NCBI RefSeq assembly: GCF_018350175.1
Contig: NC_058368.1
Location: 176,702,001 to 176,762,000, forward strand
Reading direction: 5' to 3'
Length of the DNA stretch: 60,000 nucleotides
Source: Felis catus
Lineage: Eukaryota
The translations under genes and the position numbers were made by a program. Each line of letters begins with the position of its first letter. Position 1 is the first letter of the stretch. This document shows positions 59,917 to 60,000 of this stretch, one piece after another. A model generated the notes under the pieces. It was given only the letters and a program-made list of their open reading frames with translations. It did not search any database and was not told the origin of the DNA.

Positions 59917-60000
59917 TGTCAGTCCATTTGGGCTGCAATAACAGAATATTATAGCCTGGCTGGCTTATAAACAACAGAAAGTAATTTCTCACAGTTCGAG
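59917..60000 (-). mobile_element. MLT1A-like LTR (runs off the window)
   Basis: agtccatttgggctgcaataacagaat...ggcttataaacaacagaaa..atttctcacagttc. Confidence 0.85.

Noticed and set aside
1..60000. CRISPR array, operon or other prokaryote-type system
   Set aside because: The sequence is mammalian; there are no regularly spaced direct repeats with spacers and no gene-dense coding blocks

Overview
This window is mammalian genomic DNA, very probably felid (domestic-cat-like), judged from about 30 tRNA-derived CanSINE (SINEC_Fc-type) copies and felid-type L1 3' ends. I found no protein-coding exon, structural RNA gene, CRISPR array or intact mobile-element ORF that I can support; the ORF track is explained by repeats and chance. 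The window is a repeat-dense intronic or intergenic stretch containing SINEC, L1 (L1M to felid-specific), L2, MIR, MaLR/ERV solo LTRs and hAT-type MER elements. The most notable items are: (1) a decayed RTE-type (L4/RTE-X-like) endonuclease relic at ~50.1-51.0 kb, readable by manual translation; (2) a five-level nested TE stack at 1.7-11.35 kb whose L1MC member has its 5' UTR joined directly to mid-endonuclease ORF2; (3) closely spaced inverted SINE pairs; (4) young, possibly polymorphic SINE and L1 insertions with intact target-site duplications (TSDs); (5) two CpG-retaining patches that may be regulatory. I found no evidence of a novel biological system. Repeat family names come from recalled consensus similarity, not a database search, and boundaries of old repeats are approximate.
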